Assembly: GCF_001949145.1 (NCBI RefSeq)
Contig: NW_019091402.1
Coordinates: 558,001-620,000 of the forward strand
Origin: Acanthaster planci
Taxonomy: Eukaryota
Reading direction: 5' to 3'
Length of the DNA: 62,000 nucleotides
Below the pieces are notes generated by a model. That model did not search any database, was not told the DNA's origin, and was given only the letters and a program-made list of their open reading frames with translations. The position numbers were made by a program, and so were the translations under genes. Shown one piece after another: positions 34,411 through 48,152 of this stretch (its first letter is position 1; each line of letters begins with the position of its first letter).

Positions 34411-36517
34411 ACAGTAGCGTAATATATATTCATTGGTACCCAGTGGTTTTTAGTTACCGCTAAAATTTAATCAACTTAGCACTGTTTCCTCATAGGCATT
34501 TGTGTTAGCTGGGCGCAGAGGGTCAAAGTTAGTAATGACCAAAGGCAAATGTTGTCAATGTTTGATCATCTTAGTCTCATTTCCAGTCACATTTTTAACT
34601 GTACAGTTGGGAGTTAACATAGAAATGGTTTATGTCAAGTAGGGCACCCGACGTTCACTCGTCGAGCGGTACGCTTTCAAGGGTAACACATACAACAAAA
34701 TCACTCAATCAATCAATGTTCAATATAAACTAAGAGAAAGCCAATTTTTTTAATCAATTTATTAATCTACGGTACTGTTTAGTTGTATATCTTGAGTAAT
34801 AATCACTTTGGAAACAGGCTTTAAGGAACACACGTACTGTGTTGATTTGTTTTTGGGTGTCACGTCTGTTTATCGATTACATGTACTGGGAGTAAAATCA
34901 CTGGACCGAAGGTTCGTATAAAAGTTCGACTGAACGCAATCCTTGGCGGGCTAGCCTGCTTTGAGCCACAAGGAGCATCAATCGGCTCGACCTAGCTCTA
35001 CGATAGCAAAAACTAATTCAGTAACTGTCAGTCCTTTCTCGTGAAAGTGATAAGTGAGTGCGCATGGTTCGTTTAAATAATGAGTCTGCAGTGTCAGGGT
35101 TAAATCGGGCCTGCAGGTAAGTTTAGCCAGAGTTGAAGGTATTTATAACGTCACAAAGTACATTGTCCCCCTGACTTGGATAACGTTGCCGACATGTCTT
35201 TGTTCACGGTCGACTTTTGCATACACTGGGAAAGTGGCTTTGATATATGCCCCTGAAAAACATTGTTGAATAAAGATAATTACTTTCAAAATGATCATTT
35301 TACACCTCTTGCCTGAGAGGTAAGGCAAGTTCGTATTTGAAGATTGGAAATTTTAGGCGATGTACTGACTAATAAATGTTGGTCGTAATATTTTTGCAGA
35401 AGAAGAAATTACTTCCGTACGTTTCAAAGGTAGCCTACGGTCATCAAGGCGGAAATTAATGTAGGAAAATTAGGAGATAATCTTTTTTCTGCTTCAATAA
35501 ATTTCTTCATTCATTACACATACACAACAGAAGTAAAACTGTGCCACATAAATGATGGTGGCAGCTAGATTTTCAAAGGACAGACACTGAAATGTGGCGA
35601 TACAATACGACATATACGATTTCACAAAACCATCTCAAGTCTTAATGAATAAAGAACCACCCTCGTTCCAACTAAATTACGTAGTAAAAATTACGTCCAC
35701 GTCATATGCATGTAGAAGTTAATGCGAAAACACGAAACATTCCTACCAAATTATTTCCTATGAAGCTAACAATGATGCTCACCCGTGCAGATGAACCACA
35801 GTGGCTTTCAATCAGTTACATCATCGTCAGTGTACTTTGTCACAAAAACCAGCATATCCGGTGACCGAGTGGAGTTGGATCCGCATACCGATCCGCACGT
35901 GGTATTTTCCAAACTACACTGCAAAACAAATACCGTGGGAAAGCCAACATTGATTTTAGAGGGTACCTGAATCGGTAAGCTTTGAAAATAGTTAATTTGT
36001 TGTCAGCGACCTTGCCACGAAAACTTACCCTTTTGGGGCGAGTTTGTTTCATGCGATTCCAGATCGCGATCAGCGATCCATCGTGGTTTACTAACACCAA
36101 AGCCCGCTTAGTAGAGGGAGCGAATCGGCGATGGTATCACGGATCGAGATCCTTGTGAAACCAACTGGTCCTCAGTATGCGGAACTGGTGTCACGCGCAC
36201 ATGAGGAGGAAATTAATTGCAAACGACGTAAACAACAATTTGGGGTAAACGGAAGTTTCAGCCATAATATGTTAACAGTTGATACGGGAGGACTGTAAAA
36301 AAGTTTGAATGATAAAAGGAGAGTTATTACATCAACGCTGGATGATTTTATTGCGCGAAGTACAACCGTTTGAATATGTAAGTACAATTATGCCGACTGG
36401 CTTTTTTAATCTTACGGGTTTACGGCTGTCATAACATTCTGAAAACAAGACGGATCAGCCGATAGATGGATTTATTAACCCAACCATCTTTTGAACTAAA
36501 AAGCCAGGCCGTATATG

Positions 36518-36763
36518 CACGGGCGTCTCCATGCAAGGGAGTAAGATTTTTGCAAGGGGGGGGACCACTTTTCGACATGCAGGTAAACAAGATAAACCTG
36601 GCGACAGATGAGGATTTGTAATTTATGGTAACCCATTAAAGAGTAGAGGGGCGATATTTTTTAAATCAAATCCTTGACTTTCATCCCATTTCCTCTCTTA
36701 TTCCTATTTACTTTTTTCCGGGGGAGGAGTGCCCCCTCTTGCCCTCCCATCGCGACGCCCATG
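36518..36763. mobile_element. hAT-type MITE
   Basis: TIRs CACGGGCGTC / GACGCCCATG. Flanks GCCGTA(TA)TG and GCCGTATG, an 8-bp TSD with a TA slip. Confidence 0.8.
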
Positions 36764-38507
36764 GCCGTATGCAGTTTTCTGATTTGGATATCGCTAGATG
36801 ACCGTCATCAAAGTTACTGGGTAGGAACTATAGAAGTTCTAAGAATGCTAAAATTGAAATGCATGTTTTGTGAATATTCATTATTTTCATTCTAATAACG
36901 TATTACTGCAACGACATGTCCGGATAGAATCTTTTAAGTACGCTCACATGGAGGGATCTGTTATATGCACTCCCGTGTCACCTGCCCCGGGTGGACGAGC
37001 TAATATTTACATACAAGCAATAATAGGCCTATATAACCTTTATCCAAAAAGGGTTGGGTTATTTTAGACCTTCTCACAGCATACGGGTGGATTCCACCAC
37101 CCCCCGAATACTTCCCTCCATTTAAAAACTTAGATGTTGCGCTGTCTGTAGACATTTGTATGTTTTCAATTATTTCGTTTCACAAAAGATTTTTAAAAGC
37201 TTTCATCGTGTTTTGCGTGGACAGCTATAGCATTTGTAAATGACATATAAAATGTTATACGGAAAATGTATTCAGTCACTCTGGAATAATATGTTTTCAC
37301 AACATTATTTTATTTCAAGATTTTTATTTTATTTTATTTTTTTTATTGAACATTTTTAAAACATTATGTACTCGCTGGATACTTTCAAGATTTATTTTGG
37401 TTGGTGTGACCTCCGACCAAAATGCGATCGATCTTTCTTTCAGTTAAATATATTCCTAACAAGTTACTACAGTAGTTCAAGTGGTTTTGAGGGAGGTGGG
37501 AAGTGCGTAGGTTTGCTTTCGCTATTATTCAGGCCAGCTTGTAAGCTAACCACTGATGTGGGTTTTTTTATTTGAAAATCCAACTGTAGTGTCGCTTTAA
37601 CCAATTTCAAAGCACGTAGAAGTCAATAAAAACATTTGCCTCCTGGGCGCCTCGGCCGATTTGAGATCGACTTGAACCAGAAAAAGGATAAAGTTACGGC
37701 GGTGTGCAGGAGTCGTAATTTTGGCTGGGCACGCTGTGGTGATTTCGACAGCGATTCTTCTCTCGTTCGAAATTATTATTTGTGCTCTTCAAATTGCAAA
37801 AATCTCAGGAGGCCTAGCGCGTGCTCCCACTCACAATCGCCCCTATTTACGATCGCTGACAAAACTAACAGACAGTCTGTTTGCAAAATGTACCAATATG
37901 CAGTCCTTTAGGACAAAATTGTTTCTCCCGGGTTCGAAGACAAATATTTCAAAACTTCAAAACAAAACGAAATTCAAAGCATCAAAAACTTCTTGTGTGG
38001 AACTCCAAAGAGGATGAAAAATGAATAACATTCTCTTTGTGACAAAGAGCAAAAGTAAATACAGAGTTATCCAGCAAGTACGTCATTTGTCAATCTTAAT
38101 ATTATACAGGTACGATATTCAGGCTGCTGCCTTTAAAAGAATCTTTCCTTTTTTTCGTGGTAACTATTAAGTGCGCTATTGGAAAAAAAAGAGTGTTGTC
38201 ACATCGAGGTCTGCTCATTTTCAAGGGATGAGTTTTTGGGACATTTTATACAACAAAGCTGGGCACTTACTGCTATTAACTTTTTGTACAGTAAATTCCC
38301 TAAAGACGTTTAACGACGCCATTTCGAGTTTTAATCCACTCGTTTGGGGTGTCCCTTGGAAATTGAACTGTTGTTTGCGGCTGTTGCATAATGGCCACAG
38401 ATTACTGTCGAGTCATAGGACCCTGCGCCGAAATGAAGCTTGGTCTTCCGGAAACCTGCGAAGGGATGATGCATAGGAGGGGAATTGCTTCCTTTTTCCA
38501 AGAGGAA

Positions 38508-38749
38508 CACTGTAAAAAATGCTGGGTATTTTTTTGCCCAACGTGTTAAAGGCACCAGGTGAATCGCTTAAAGAAAGATCAAAACGCTGGGTAAAAAAAT
38601 GCTTCTAAAAATAACATTTTCTACAACTTTTGGGTAAAATGAGACAAGTTTTAGGAGAAAATCAACGCTGTTGGGTGATCTGTTTGTCCAACAGTAAATT
38701 CACCTGGTATACCTAACGCTGGGAAAAAACGCCCTGCGTTTTCACAGTG
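38508..38749. mobile_element. CACT-type (EnSpm-like) MITE
   Basis: CACTGTAAAAAATGCTGGG...ACCAGGTGAAT on the left vs ATTCACCTGGT...CCCTGCGTTTTCACAGTG on the right. Confidence 0.75.
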
Positions 38750-40647
38750 ACGAGCTTCTATGTATTAGAGCTGATTCCGTCGTCTTGTATTCCACACGGA
38801 TTACAGACATTTTTTGTCACACACTTTTTCCTCTTCGAAACGATTTTCATGCGAATCGGTGAAACAAAAAAACATTGTTTAGCGTTACCACATCGATGAT
38901 GACTTACCCTTTTCACACTGATAAATCATCAACTAAACAAAGACATGAAGGTGTCGAGGAATTGCCTGATCAGCTCGAAAAGGAACCTTCTGTGCTCATG
39001 TTTTATTTCCCTTCATCGAAACACGGGAGTACTGCAAGTATTTTTCCGGATGTGCCGGTTTTTCTAAGAGAAAAGCTACTAAATAATCCGCCGGTCTTGA
39101 TTATTTCTGCAGCACCGACTGTTTTAATCTCTTCGAAGTTGCGATACACTAAAATGAAAATCCTTAATTTGGAACACATCTGGGGTGCCAATGGTTAGCG
39201 GCTATGGCTTGAGGAAAATAAGTCTATATGGCTTTCATGGTGCCATATTTGTTAAGTATAGGAATAGGAAAATTTCACAGTTTATGACCAGAGTTAGAAG
39301 GGAAATGCAGATGTTGTATACAAGCGTGTTTACCGGTTAATTAATCAACCATCCACATGCTGGTGTAAAGACAAAGAAATTGTGTATTTGTGAGGTGTCT
39401 GATTGCGCCAATTTACTTTCCGCGATTTGTATTTCTAGGAACATACGTCTGATGTAGAATGTTTTGTACTTTATTAGCGAAGTACCATCCACAAGACTCT
39501 CTTGGGTCATTTCAATTTTTATTAAAAGACAAAAAAGACGATACCCACCCACCCCCAAAAATACAAGAAATCTGTAAGAATAATATGGTCATTTTTTTTC
39601 AAAAGCGTTTGTAAATAAGACGTGAACAAAATGATGTTTGTATACATTCCCAACGTTACAGCATGACGGTTTACATCAGTCGCGTGGACGACAAATCATA
39701 CACCCGGGGGTAGCATTTTAACATTCTGTTAATATAACGAATGTTCTAATAATTCTTTACGGCGTTGTCTATACACAAAGTGTCATGTAAACTGCCTCTA
39801 TATTAATGTATCTGGTAGTCAGACAAATTGATGTTCGGAAATGGTGTTCCATCTCTCTCGATGTGAACCTTTGTAATGCCGTGTATCAGATTTGCATTTC
39901 AAAGAGACAGAGGAAAGGGAGCCTTTCAAAAGAAGTACACTAACCTCAGCAGTTTATTTAACCAAGACAACCTGATTTATTCGGGTTTTTTTTTTCGAGA
40001 GAAAGTACACTGAACGCGCTAGCGTATATTTAACAGCCTTCTGCTATCCCCGACGGACGAGTTTAGTTCCAAGCATGGGATGCTGTAATTACTGATTGCT
40101 CAGAATACAGCGCACATTGAGTGCGTCAGCAAGGCCCGACGGAATCACGTATTCACGACACTTGATGTCTATGTGATCTATGTGAAAAGTGCTAAGTCAA
40201 CTAAGAGCCTGACCATAACGAGAGGGTTGCAATTTACATAAAAAAGCTTTCCATCTTATACTGACCAAGGTATCACGTTATTCCGATGACAGATTCTGGA
40301 CTTTATAATCACAAAAAATACAAAATATGTTCCAGCTTGAACATCTTAATTAACTTGCAGGGTAGCCTGCCGAATAATTAATTACGAAACTTTGAAATTG
40401 GTATTTAATAGCAATCGTTTTGTACCACGGATATGAGGCCTAACCACGTTTTGTTTTTACTTACCCGTACATTGGTATGCCTAGCATATGGTGCACTGAC
40501 ATATGGACAAGCACGTTGATGACATTTTGATTTTTTTCTGTTGGAAATAATTTTCTGTATCTTTGATGATTCTGATTCAACATTGCCAGTTTCATCTTCG
40601 AAAGAAGATTTAAACAAAAACGTAAGCCTCTAACATCCCTTCTGCTA

Positions 40648-40796
40648 CGAGGCCCGAGCTCGAACAAGAAAGGCACTTCATCGCTGGTTCACAAGCTAGT
40701 ATGAAATGCATGCGTTACAGTCGCATTGCTACCAACAAAATGAGCACCCCGACCAACATGGCTCTTTTCAACCGATGAGAGGGTGCTTTTGCTCTA
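40648..40796 (+). repeat. Dispersed repeat family, copy B
   Basis: Matches 60123-60310 through AACATGGCTCTTTTCAACCGATGAG.GGGTGCTT.TGCTCTA; both copies stop at GCTCTA. Confidence 0.85.
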
Positions 40797-43700
40797 GGCG
40801 CTAAGCTCTGACCAAGTATTGGCAGTTTTGTCACGCTGGGTTAAGGCAAATCCCTGTAAAGTTTACGTTTTCCTCATGGACATGGTCACACAAAAAATAT
40901 AGTAATTTTAATGCATAGGGTAGATCAGTGGCGATAATTAATTTGGAGCTTTATCAACACTAATAATTCAAGAAATCACAGTAATATTCATAGCAGGTGA
41001 CACAGGCCAATAAATTAATCCAAAGTACTTATGTTTTTTAAGTCAGAAGCTGACTGTGTTTTTTTTTACATTCTGCAGTCTGCGGTGCTCTAGCGATAGA
41101 CCATAACCAAAGGCAGAAACCGTTAAAGCGATGAGAGATTGAATGATCCCGTAAACATGACCACTGGTTATATGAAAATTCGCTTGCAAACCGCTATATA
41201 GGTGTCCCCTAAGTGGCACTACGCCTCACACATGAGCTGGTCAGATTTTAGATATGCAATTTGTGCTCATCGGAAATGTAAGACTTGCAATCAAGGGAAT
41301 AGACTTTATTCACGAGTTGACCATATTAATTAATGCATGGTAAATTCGTCGCATTGGGAACTGGAGCGTAGAAATGAAGGCAATAAAAGAAAAGTTTCAT
41401 TACAGATCAGTACACTAAGTTGAATAATTAAAATAAAATAGTATTAAAAGTACCTCAGTGTTTGACGCCAAAAATAAATTCTTGACAGAAAGGCTTCTTT
41501 TAAGAACGCTTGTCAAAAAAATTGCCTGGCAGAAACATATTCAGGGAACAAGATCAGAAATGGATCTCTCGTGAATATTGTCGTTGCAGAGTGATGATTA
41601 CGACAGAAGGTGACCGATATTGGCCCGACCTTACGCTCATAAACAACCATTAACTCACCCACGCCCTGGCAGGTGTCAACGAAGAAATGGGAGCGTCAAA
41701 CTCTCCAAGTATGCATCAATTAATTGTGTAATTGATATGATACATAGAGAGGAATCCCAAAGCGAACAGAAAGCTTTCAGGGAAGTAATCTTTTCGAAGA
41801 CTCTGAGAGAGAGAAAAAAAATCCCAGAAAGGTGGGAACTTATTCATGGTTTGATGAAGAGATAGTAAGTTGAATATCTGGCATTCTGATCCAGGTTGAT
41901 TTACGTTCCAGAAATCGTGAGTTGTAGCGACCCTGAGACTGAGACGAGCAATCGCGTCCATCTTTCACAAGCACCTGATCTGACTACCCAGCGATGTTAA
42001 TAAACGAGGCTTTTACAGGAAAATGCCAATATTCGGAACGTGGAAGTAATATATTATCGTATTCTGTGTGTGACACGGGTGTCATGCTAAGAAGTGAGGC
42101 TCAAGTGAGTGGGTTTTTTTCCTGGAACAAAATAATCTTCAAGGCTGCAAATTCAGGCACTCAACACTACGCAATCTATTTCGAACGGACTCCGCTTTTC
42201 CTTCTTGTGTGCCCACCACCTAACATAACGATGCAGAAGTTGTTAGGTAGTTAAGATGTCTATCATAATATACAACCGGCATGCTTTGAACAGTGGCATT
42301 TTGATCGGATGTTCAAATGCTTTTCTCGAGTAATTCTAATTTAATTTTCACGATACGCGAGGTGAATTTTTAGGACGGCGCTGTCTGTCTAGGCCTGTAC
42401 AAACGTATACGGGAAAGTGTCTCACGAATTTGTTAGTAGAGATTGCTTAGCGTTGGGAAATCTCCATGTAAACTGTCACGACATACAATGCTTATAGATT
42501 GCGTTGAAACAGCTTCAACTCTTAAAATAAAAAAGAGCCCTAACCTATTGCTAAGGCTAAATAAAAACTGGCATGTGGTTATCCACACGTTGAGAACCAA
42601 GCACTAGCTTGCTGAAGTCTTTTGCCCCAGCATTCGGACTGTTGGGTTGCGCGCAACATCGGTCGGCATCTCTTGTTAACTTGAACAAAAAGAGCTGTGA
42701 AAATCTTGAAGTTGAAGGCAGCTGCATCTCAAATATTTGTAAATTGAGAGGAAACTCGCACCCAGACGCCACAGCATGACACGTTCAATTGCAAATACTC
42801 AACTCGAAAATATGAAGAGGTGGAGGCAAGTTGAGTAATGGACTTCGTTAGCCGAGTGGAGAACGTTTCCTTTGTACAAAATTGTAACTTGCTCTCTGGA
42901 AAAACGGGTGAACAGTTGCACTAGGTGCTGTTTGTGAAATAGGCTAGTGCAAGGGAGTAGGCCTTTCTTGTATCGAGAAGAAGAAAAGAACTGATCTTTG
43001 TCATTAATGCTTTTTTTGAAGGTTTGCGTCTATTCCATTTAAGACCTTAGTGTATCTAGGGGGTTTCACATGCCTCAAACCTAGGTTCAAGGTGTATTAC
43101 TCACAGAGAATCTCGTTGAATTTGGCAAGGCAAGAGCTTGTTCCATTAAAAAGAAGATGAACATTTAGGCCTACAAAAGACTATTTTATAAGCTTCGTGA
43201 AACAAACTTAAACAATCGGTATGAATTGACATACCGAGGACAGTTTTAAGTCACGAGACAATTGAATTTGGAGAATTGATCTTTGGGAATACATTGTCTC
43301 TGAGAGGAGACTAACTGAGTATCTTTAAAGCAAAATAGTGGCAATTAGCCAGCAGTATTACTGCCCAGTGGGTTTTCGAATTCATCACCTTATCCACGGA
43401 TGATTAATTTTCTTGTGATTTTCCCCTTTTAGTTCTCAAGTGGTGCTCAAAGATAACGTATGTCTCCCGTCCAAGTACAATACCCTTAACAAATGTAATT
43501 ACTAAAGAGGCAATCAAGACCGGTAGTTTATTCAAAAAATGGCCTTTTGTCTGACGCACACGGGCGCAGCCATCGACAATAGTCCTTTTCGATGGCTGAG
43601 GACAGTGCCATAACAGGGCTTTTATGTTCTGTGGTGCCTGCTGGCTGTAGGCGAATAGTAAGGCTATATCTACCAGTTTGGTAATAAAACGTACGTTTCC

Positions 43701-46700
43701 ATGCCGTACAGAATTATGTTAAGTGTATACTCAGGTGAGCGTGTGGCAAAACAGGGGATCGACAAAGCAACTAACACCCCAACGACAATACAACCGTTGT
43801 TGAATTTTTGAAGTCTTGTACAAGGAAAAGGGCTCAGGTGAGTCACAGCCTAAACTAAATTACGCCTTTAAGTTCATTATAAGATAGACTCTGTGTTGAA
43901 GGCTCGCGTTTCATGGCGTTGATTGGCCTATGTTTGCATGCAGGATTGCCATGTTGATGGACCATTCGCAAATTGGTGCTTTTCCTTCACGTCTCGCCAA
44001 CTTAATTTCCCATAAAACAACTGTTTTCAGTAATAAATGTACGTTTGTTGCTGGAAGTCCCGGCGCATACAATGTAAAGAACATCAACCTTCTGAGTCTC
44101 TGGGCGGCTTGACCGTGGAGTAGGGAGAGAGTGGTAGTTGTATGCGCGCGCAAACCGCCAGGCATTAAAGGCACTTCTCACGTCGTTGTAAACTTGAGCA
44201 AAGTACAATTCATTGTGCCTTGGCTTGACAATTTGTCAAGCTTCTTGGCTTTAGACTCTTCGATGGCAAAGATGGATTGCAACACATCAGCATCTATCCT
44301 CCAACATTGACGCAGAAACCACGATGGCATAAACGAAGCAAAATGTTCTCCCCGTGTATGACCTCATATTTTTTTTCTATTTTTAACGAGGTTGGCCATC
44401 TGCGATAGATTGACTGTAAAACTGGAATTCGTCCCTAGTCACGCACAAGCGTGTCAGAGAAAATTATGAAAGAAAGCGTTTTTGATTAAAGCAATAAATT
44501 ACCGATTTTAAGTGCCCAAGGGCTGCTGGTTGTTGATCAACAGGCGGCGAAAATGTTTTTAAGCCGCTGCGAAATGATATCCGTTTTCGTAATTCAGCCA
44601 CTTTGGAGAGTGTAGTGCTTTGATTAGAAGGTTGGCAAATCTTGAGAGCCAGGTCGGTTGCGTCAGACGTTTTTAATGAAGAGGATAAAATGTCAGGTTA
44701 ACTAAACTTTGGATTTGTTTTGCACGGTGGGGGACCGTCCGTGCCACTGGTGTGAAAAGTAATTACCAGACTACGAGCATGCCCACTACTGTTTGTTAGG
44801 GGAACCTTCGCCCATCTGGGATGCTTCCGTTAAACACAAATGGCTAATGTCGCTGTCTTTTTATGCGCATCCAGTGTAACCAGTGTAGCTTTGCCTATCT
44901 TTCAAGCAAAGCTCGCAGGAAAAAACTGGGGAATGCAATGGATTGGACCGATTGGCATGGTGTCATATTGGCGATATCGTTAAGTCACCAATCCTGAGGG
45001 GCCAATCTTCATGCCGTCACATGAATGTACAATGTAAGAGCTTGCGTTTTTCAGGCCTCAGAAAGGCTTTGATTAAAACGGCAGACATTAATGACAAACA
45101 TTAACCAATTTATGGACTACGTCTAAACTATAGAAGCATTGTGAAATTCATGTTCACATGCACGGTACACAAAGGGAGATGGAACAGACTCGCTTCAAAA
45201 GTTGATGTGCACATCGCAGCGGTGCGCGTTCATCGTTCTTTTGCTCCGCGTAATGCCTGCCTCTAAGGACTCGTTGCTGCCATGTCGCGTAAACGAAAAG
45301 ATATGCAAAAGGTATATTGTGGGGTTGTGTAGTGTTGCGTTGTGCCGTGTATTGTGGTATTTTGTTGTGGTGTGATTTTTTGTATTAAAGCAAACTATTT
45401 GATCTCAGAGCAGGTTTACATTGCACCTTGCTCCATTTAGAACGGTTTTAAATAACTGTTTAATCCAAACCCCAAGGGTGTATGTAAAATCATATTGAAA
45501 CTGGGGAATTGAGGACTGTCAGGATTAATAAATGTACACAATTTATTCAAAGGCACTTAAACTGATTGACGAAAACAGAAATTTGTATGGCAATTTTAAG
45601 CTCTGAACAGCGTTTGTACGTTGATGTGAAAACCAATCATATCAGGAGCTCTTGACCAATCAGAAACATCCTAGTGTCGAGGAAGCCACATGAAATGTAT
45701 TAGAAAGACGTGAAAAATGAAAGGAAAATCTGCACCAGAATAAAAGGGGTATTTATTATAGATATATTAAGCGTGATTCTACTGCTCTTGTTAATATATG
45801 CCGGCTTTTATAAGTGCAAATGTAAATGTTATTTGTTTTTAATTCACGAATGCTTAATGCTTAAGAGTTTTTGATTATGGCCGGCTGAAACTTTTTAAAT
45901 CGTCGCTCGGTGTTTCAAATTATGTGGGTAATTATTTCTAAACACCACACTTCTTATGTGGCTGCAAAAAATGAAAGCTTCCAGTTGCTTCCTATGCACA
46001 GATTTAATTCGGTTAACTTCCCCCTCTATAGCACCACCTGTACTGGACAAATAACTTAAAGGCAGATACATTTTTCTTCGGGCAGTACCAAGGAATCGTG
46101 TTTCCAGATCATATAAATACCTTGTGGCCAACAATTACAACAAGTAAATGCGCTTTTGCATAAACACCAGCTGCTCCCGAGGCTTGTTATTACGAGATAT
46201 TGCATCATTTGCAGTATAGTCCTATGGACTGAACCGTCCGACAAATTATTCTCAAGGGTGCAGCGTTTATTCTTCTCGTGTACTATTCCATCACCTTTAA
46301 GTAATTTAGTGTGTTGGTCAAATTAACTGAGCAGCAATTCCGTCGGTCAAACTGTCATTGAGTAGTTAGTCTATTGACCGAAACAGGTCTTTGATGAGTG
46401 TGCTGCATGGCAATAGTTTCCTTTCGCTTTCCCATTTATATACACCAGTACCAGAACTTATTTTAGACATTTTAGAACTCCTTTCAATTTCACATCCAGC
46501 AACGGAGTATTTTGGTGGAGACGGGTTATGAGGGGCAGCCTGCAAGTGCGGCGGACCACATCTTCCATGAAAATTAGGGCGGAAACTCACTCCCGCCCCG
46601 CGTAACTTTAATATCGCTAACGAAATAATTCATGGGCGTGAAAGACATACGTGAATCATTCATTGTGTAAGCACCTGAGGCTTAAGTAGAAACGGTCTTG

Positions 46701-47916
46701 ATCAAACATCAAAGGCATTCATTACGCTGTGATGATGATAGAGCAATGATGACGTCGATGCTTAGATTTATGTACTCCACACGCACCAAGTTGATAGAAA
46801 TCATTTGAGAGAATCAATGTATGGTGACGCATCACGAAACAATAAGGAGTTCTTTTTCAAGAAACAAAATGAGCCTGCTGCATGGGTTATTATCACAATC
46901 CAAACGACAAAGGCATGCTTCGTTAGCGCTATTCAGGGTATAAAGCGTGACGTCATTGTACCACAGATGGATTTTGTATGGTACAACTAATTAAGCCTTT
47001 ATAGCTCAACGCTGTCCAAGGATGCCGTTGATAAAAAAATAGCCATCCAACGTGGCAGGGGAATTATTGCCGGACGTACGACAGACGACACTGGAGGGGG
47101 CCGGGGGGATAATGACGTGTGCAGATATGCGCAGCAAATGAAAACTCGTGCATGGTTTAATACTTTACCATCCAGTATAGTGTAATTCGACCACCAGAAT
47201 TAGATGCCATTACTGCAGTGGCACATGGCTCGTGGACAGGTGGTACGCGCCCGCTACCTTTTCGACCAATAGGGTGTCGTGATTTGCCAAATGCACGCGC
47301 GCGTCAAGTTGAAGAATGTGCGTGTGAGTGCGGGGCCACCGCAGTTAGGGTGTCTTACCGGATTAGTGTTTAAATCTGTAAAACGTGTAATCAAACCTGT
47401 ACCAAGTAGTTTCTACAGATTTGGAACTGAATGCAGAAAGAATTTCTGATAGTACAGAGAGGATGTAATGCCAAAGAGATGCTATTCTGTCCTAAATATA
47501 CTACTCATAATTTTGTAAAGGTGTAAGGCATCTCATTTATCCTACATTCCCCCAATGGTAAACGCATTGAAGCAGCCAGCCTGGCCCCTGTGTGGTTTTT
47601 TTTTCTGAGGGGGCATGGTGAATTCTGATCATGTAATGGCTCTACATGAAGCAGCAGAAAACCTTTACTGAAGTTGCAGTTTTGCTGGCAAAACTGTGGC
47701 TGCCCAAGTGTTGAAAAACAGACTCGTATGATACGCAACTACTGAAATACTGAATAATACATGACTCAGCTCACAACACTTAATGATTTCCTAACACTGA
47801 ATGACTTCCCATGCTGGAAAAAATGTAGTTTAGGTGGGTGCCCAAGGCAAGGGGGCATTTTTTTTGCATTACACATCTTCCTAATGGGGTACCAAAGCAG
47901 ACGACATTTAATCCTG

Positions 47917-48152
47917 GGGCCAATTTCAAAGCGCTGCTTAAGCGAAAAATTTGTATAACCGTAAAAACCCTGATTGATTGACAAATCAGGTTACCAGCCA
48001 AAACTTCTTGTGATGTATATTGTTTTGGAATGGTATTTACCTTTCTTTTGTTTGGTTAGCAGGACAACCTTTGTTAACTGGTAAACTTTGTTTATTAAGC
48101 AAGGTTGTTTTTCGCGCGGGGCTCCAATTAAGCAGCTCTATGAAATTGGCCC
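47917..48152. mobile_element. PIF/Harbinger-type MITE
   Basis: 25-bp TIRs GGGCCAATTTCAAAGCGCTGCTTAA / reverse complement GGGCCAATTTCATAGAGCTGCTTAA (23/25). 3-bp TSD CTG (47914-47916, 48153-48155). Confidence 0.9.

Larger units (their letters stand above)
33286..35292 (+). repeat. Old tandem segmental duplication, unit 2
   Basis: Collinear with 30292-32950 but carrying different insertions. Confidence 0.85.

Noticed and set aside
42557..42772. LFKLTRDADRC as a THAP fragment
   Set aside because: Lacks the conserved Trp and the C-x-x-H-F residues.
47029..47048. REST/RE1-like site GCTGTCCAAGGATGCCG
   Set aside because: Only one half-site matches and the spacing is off.
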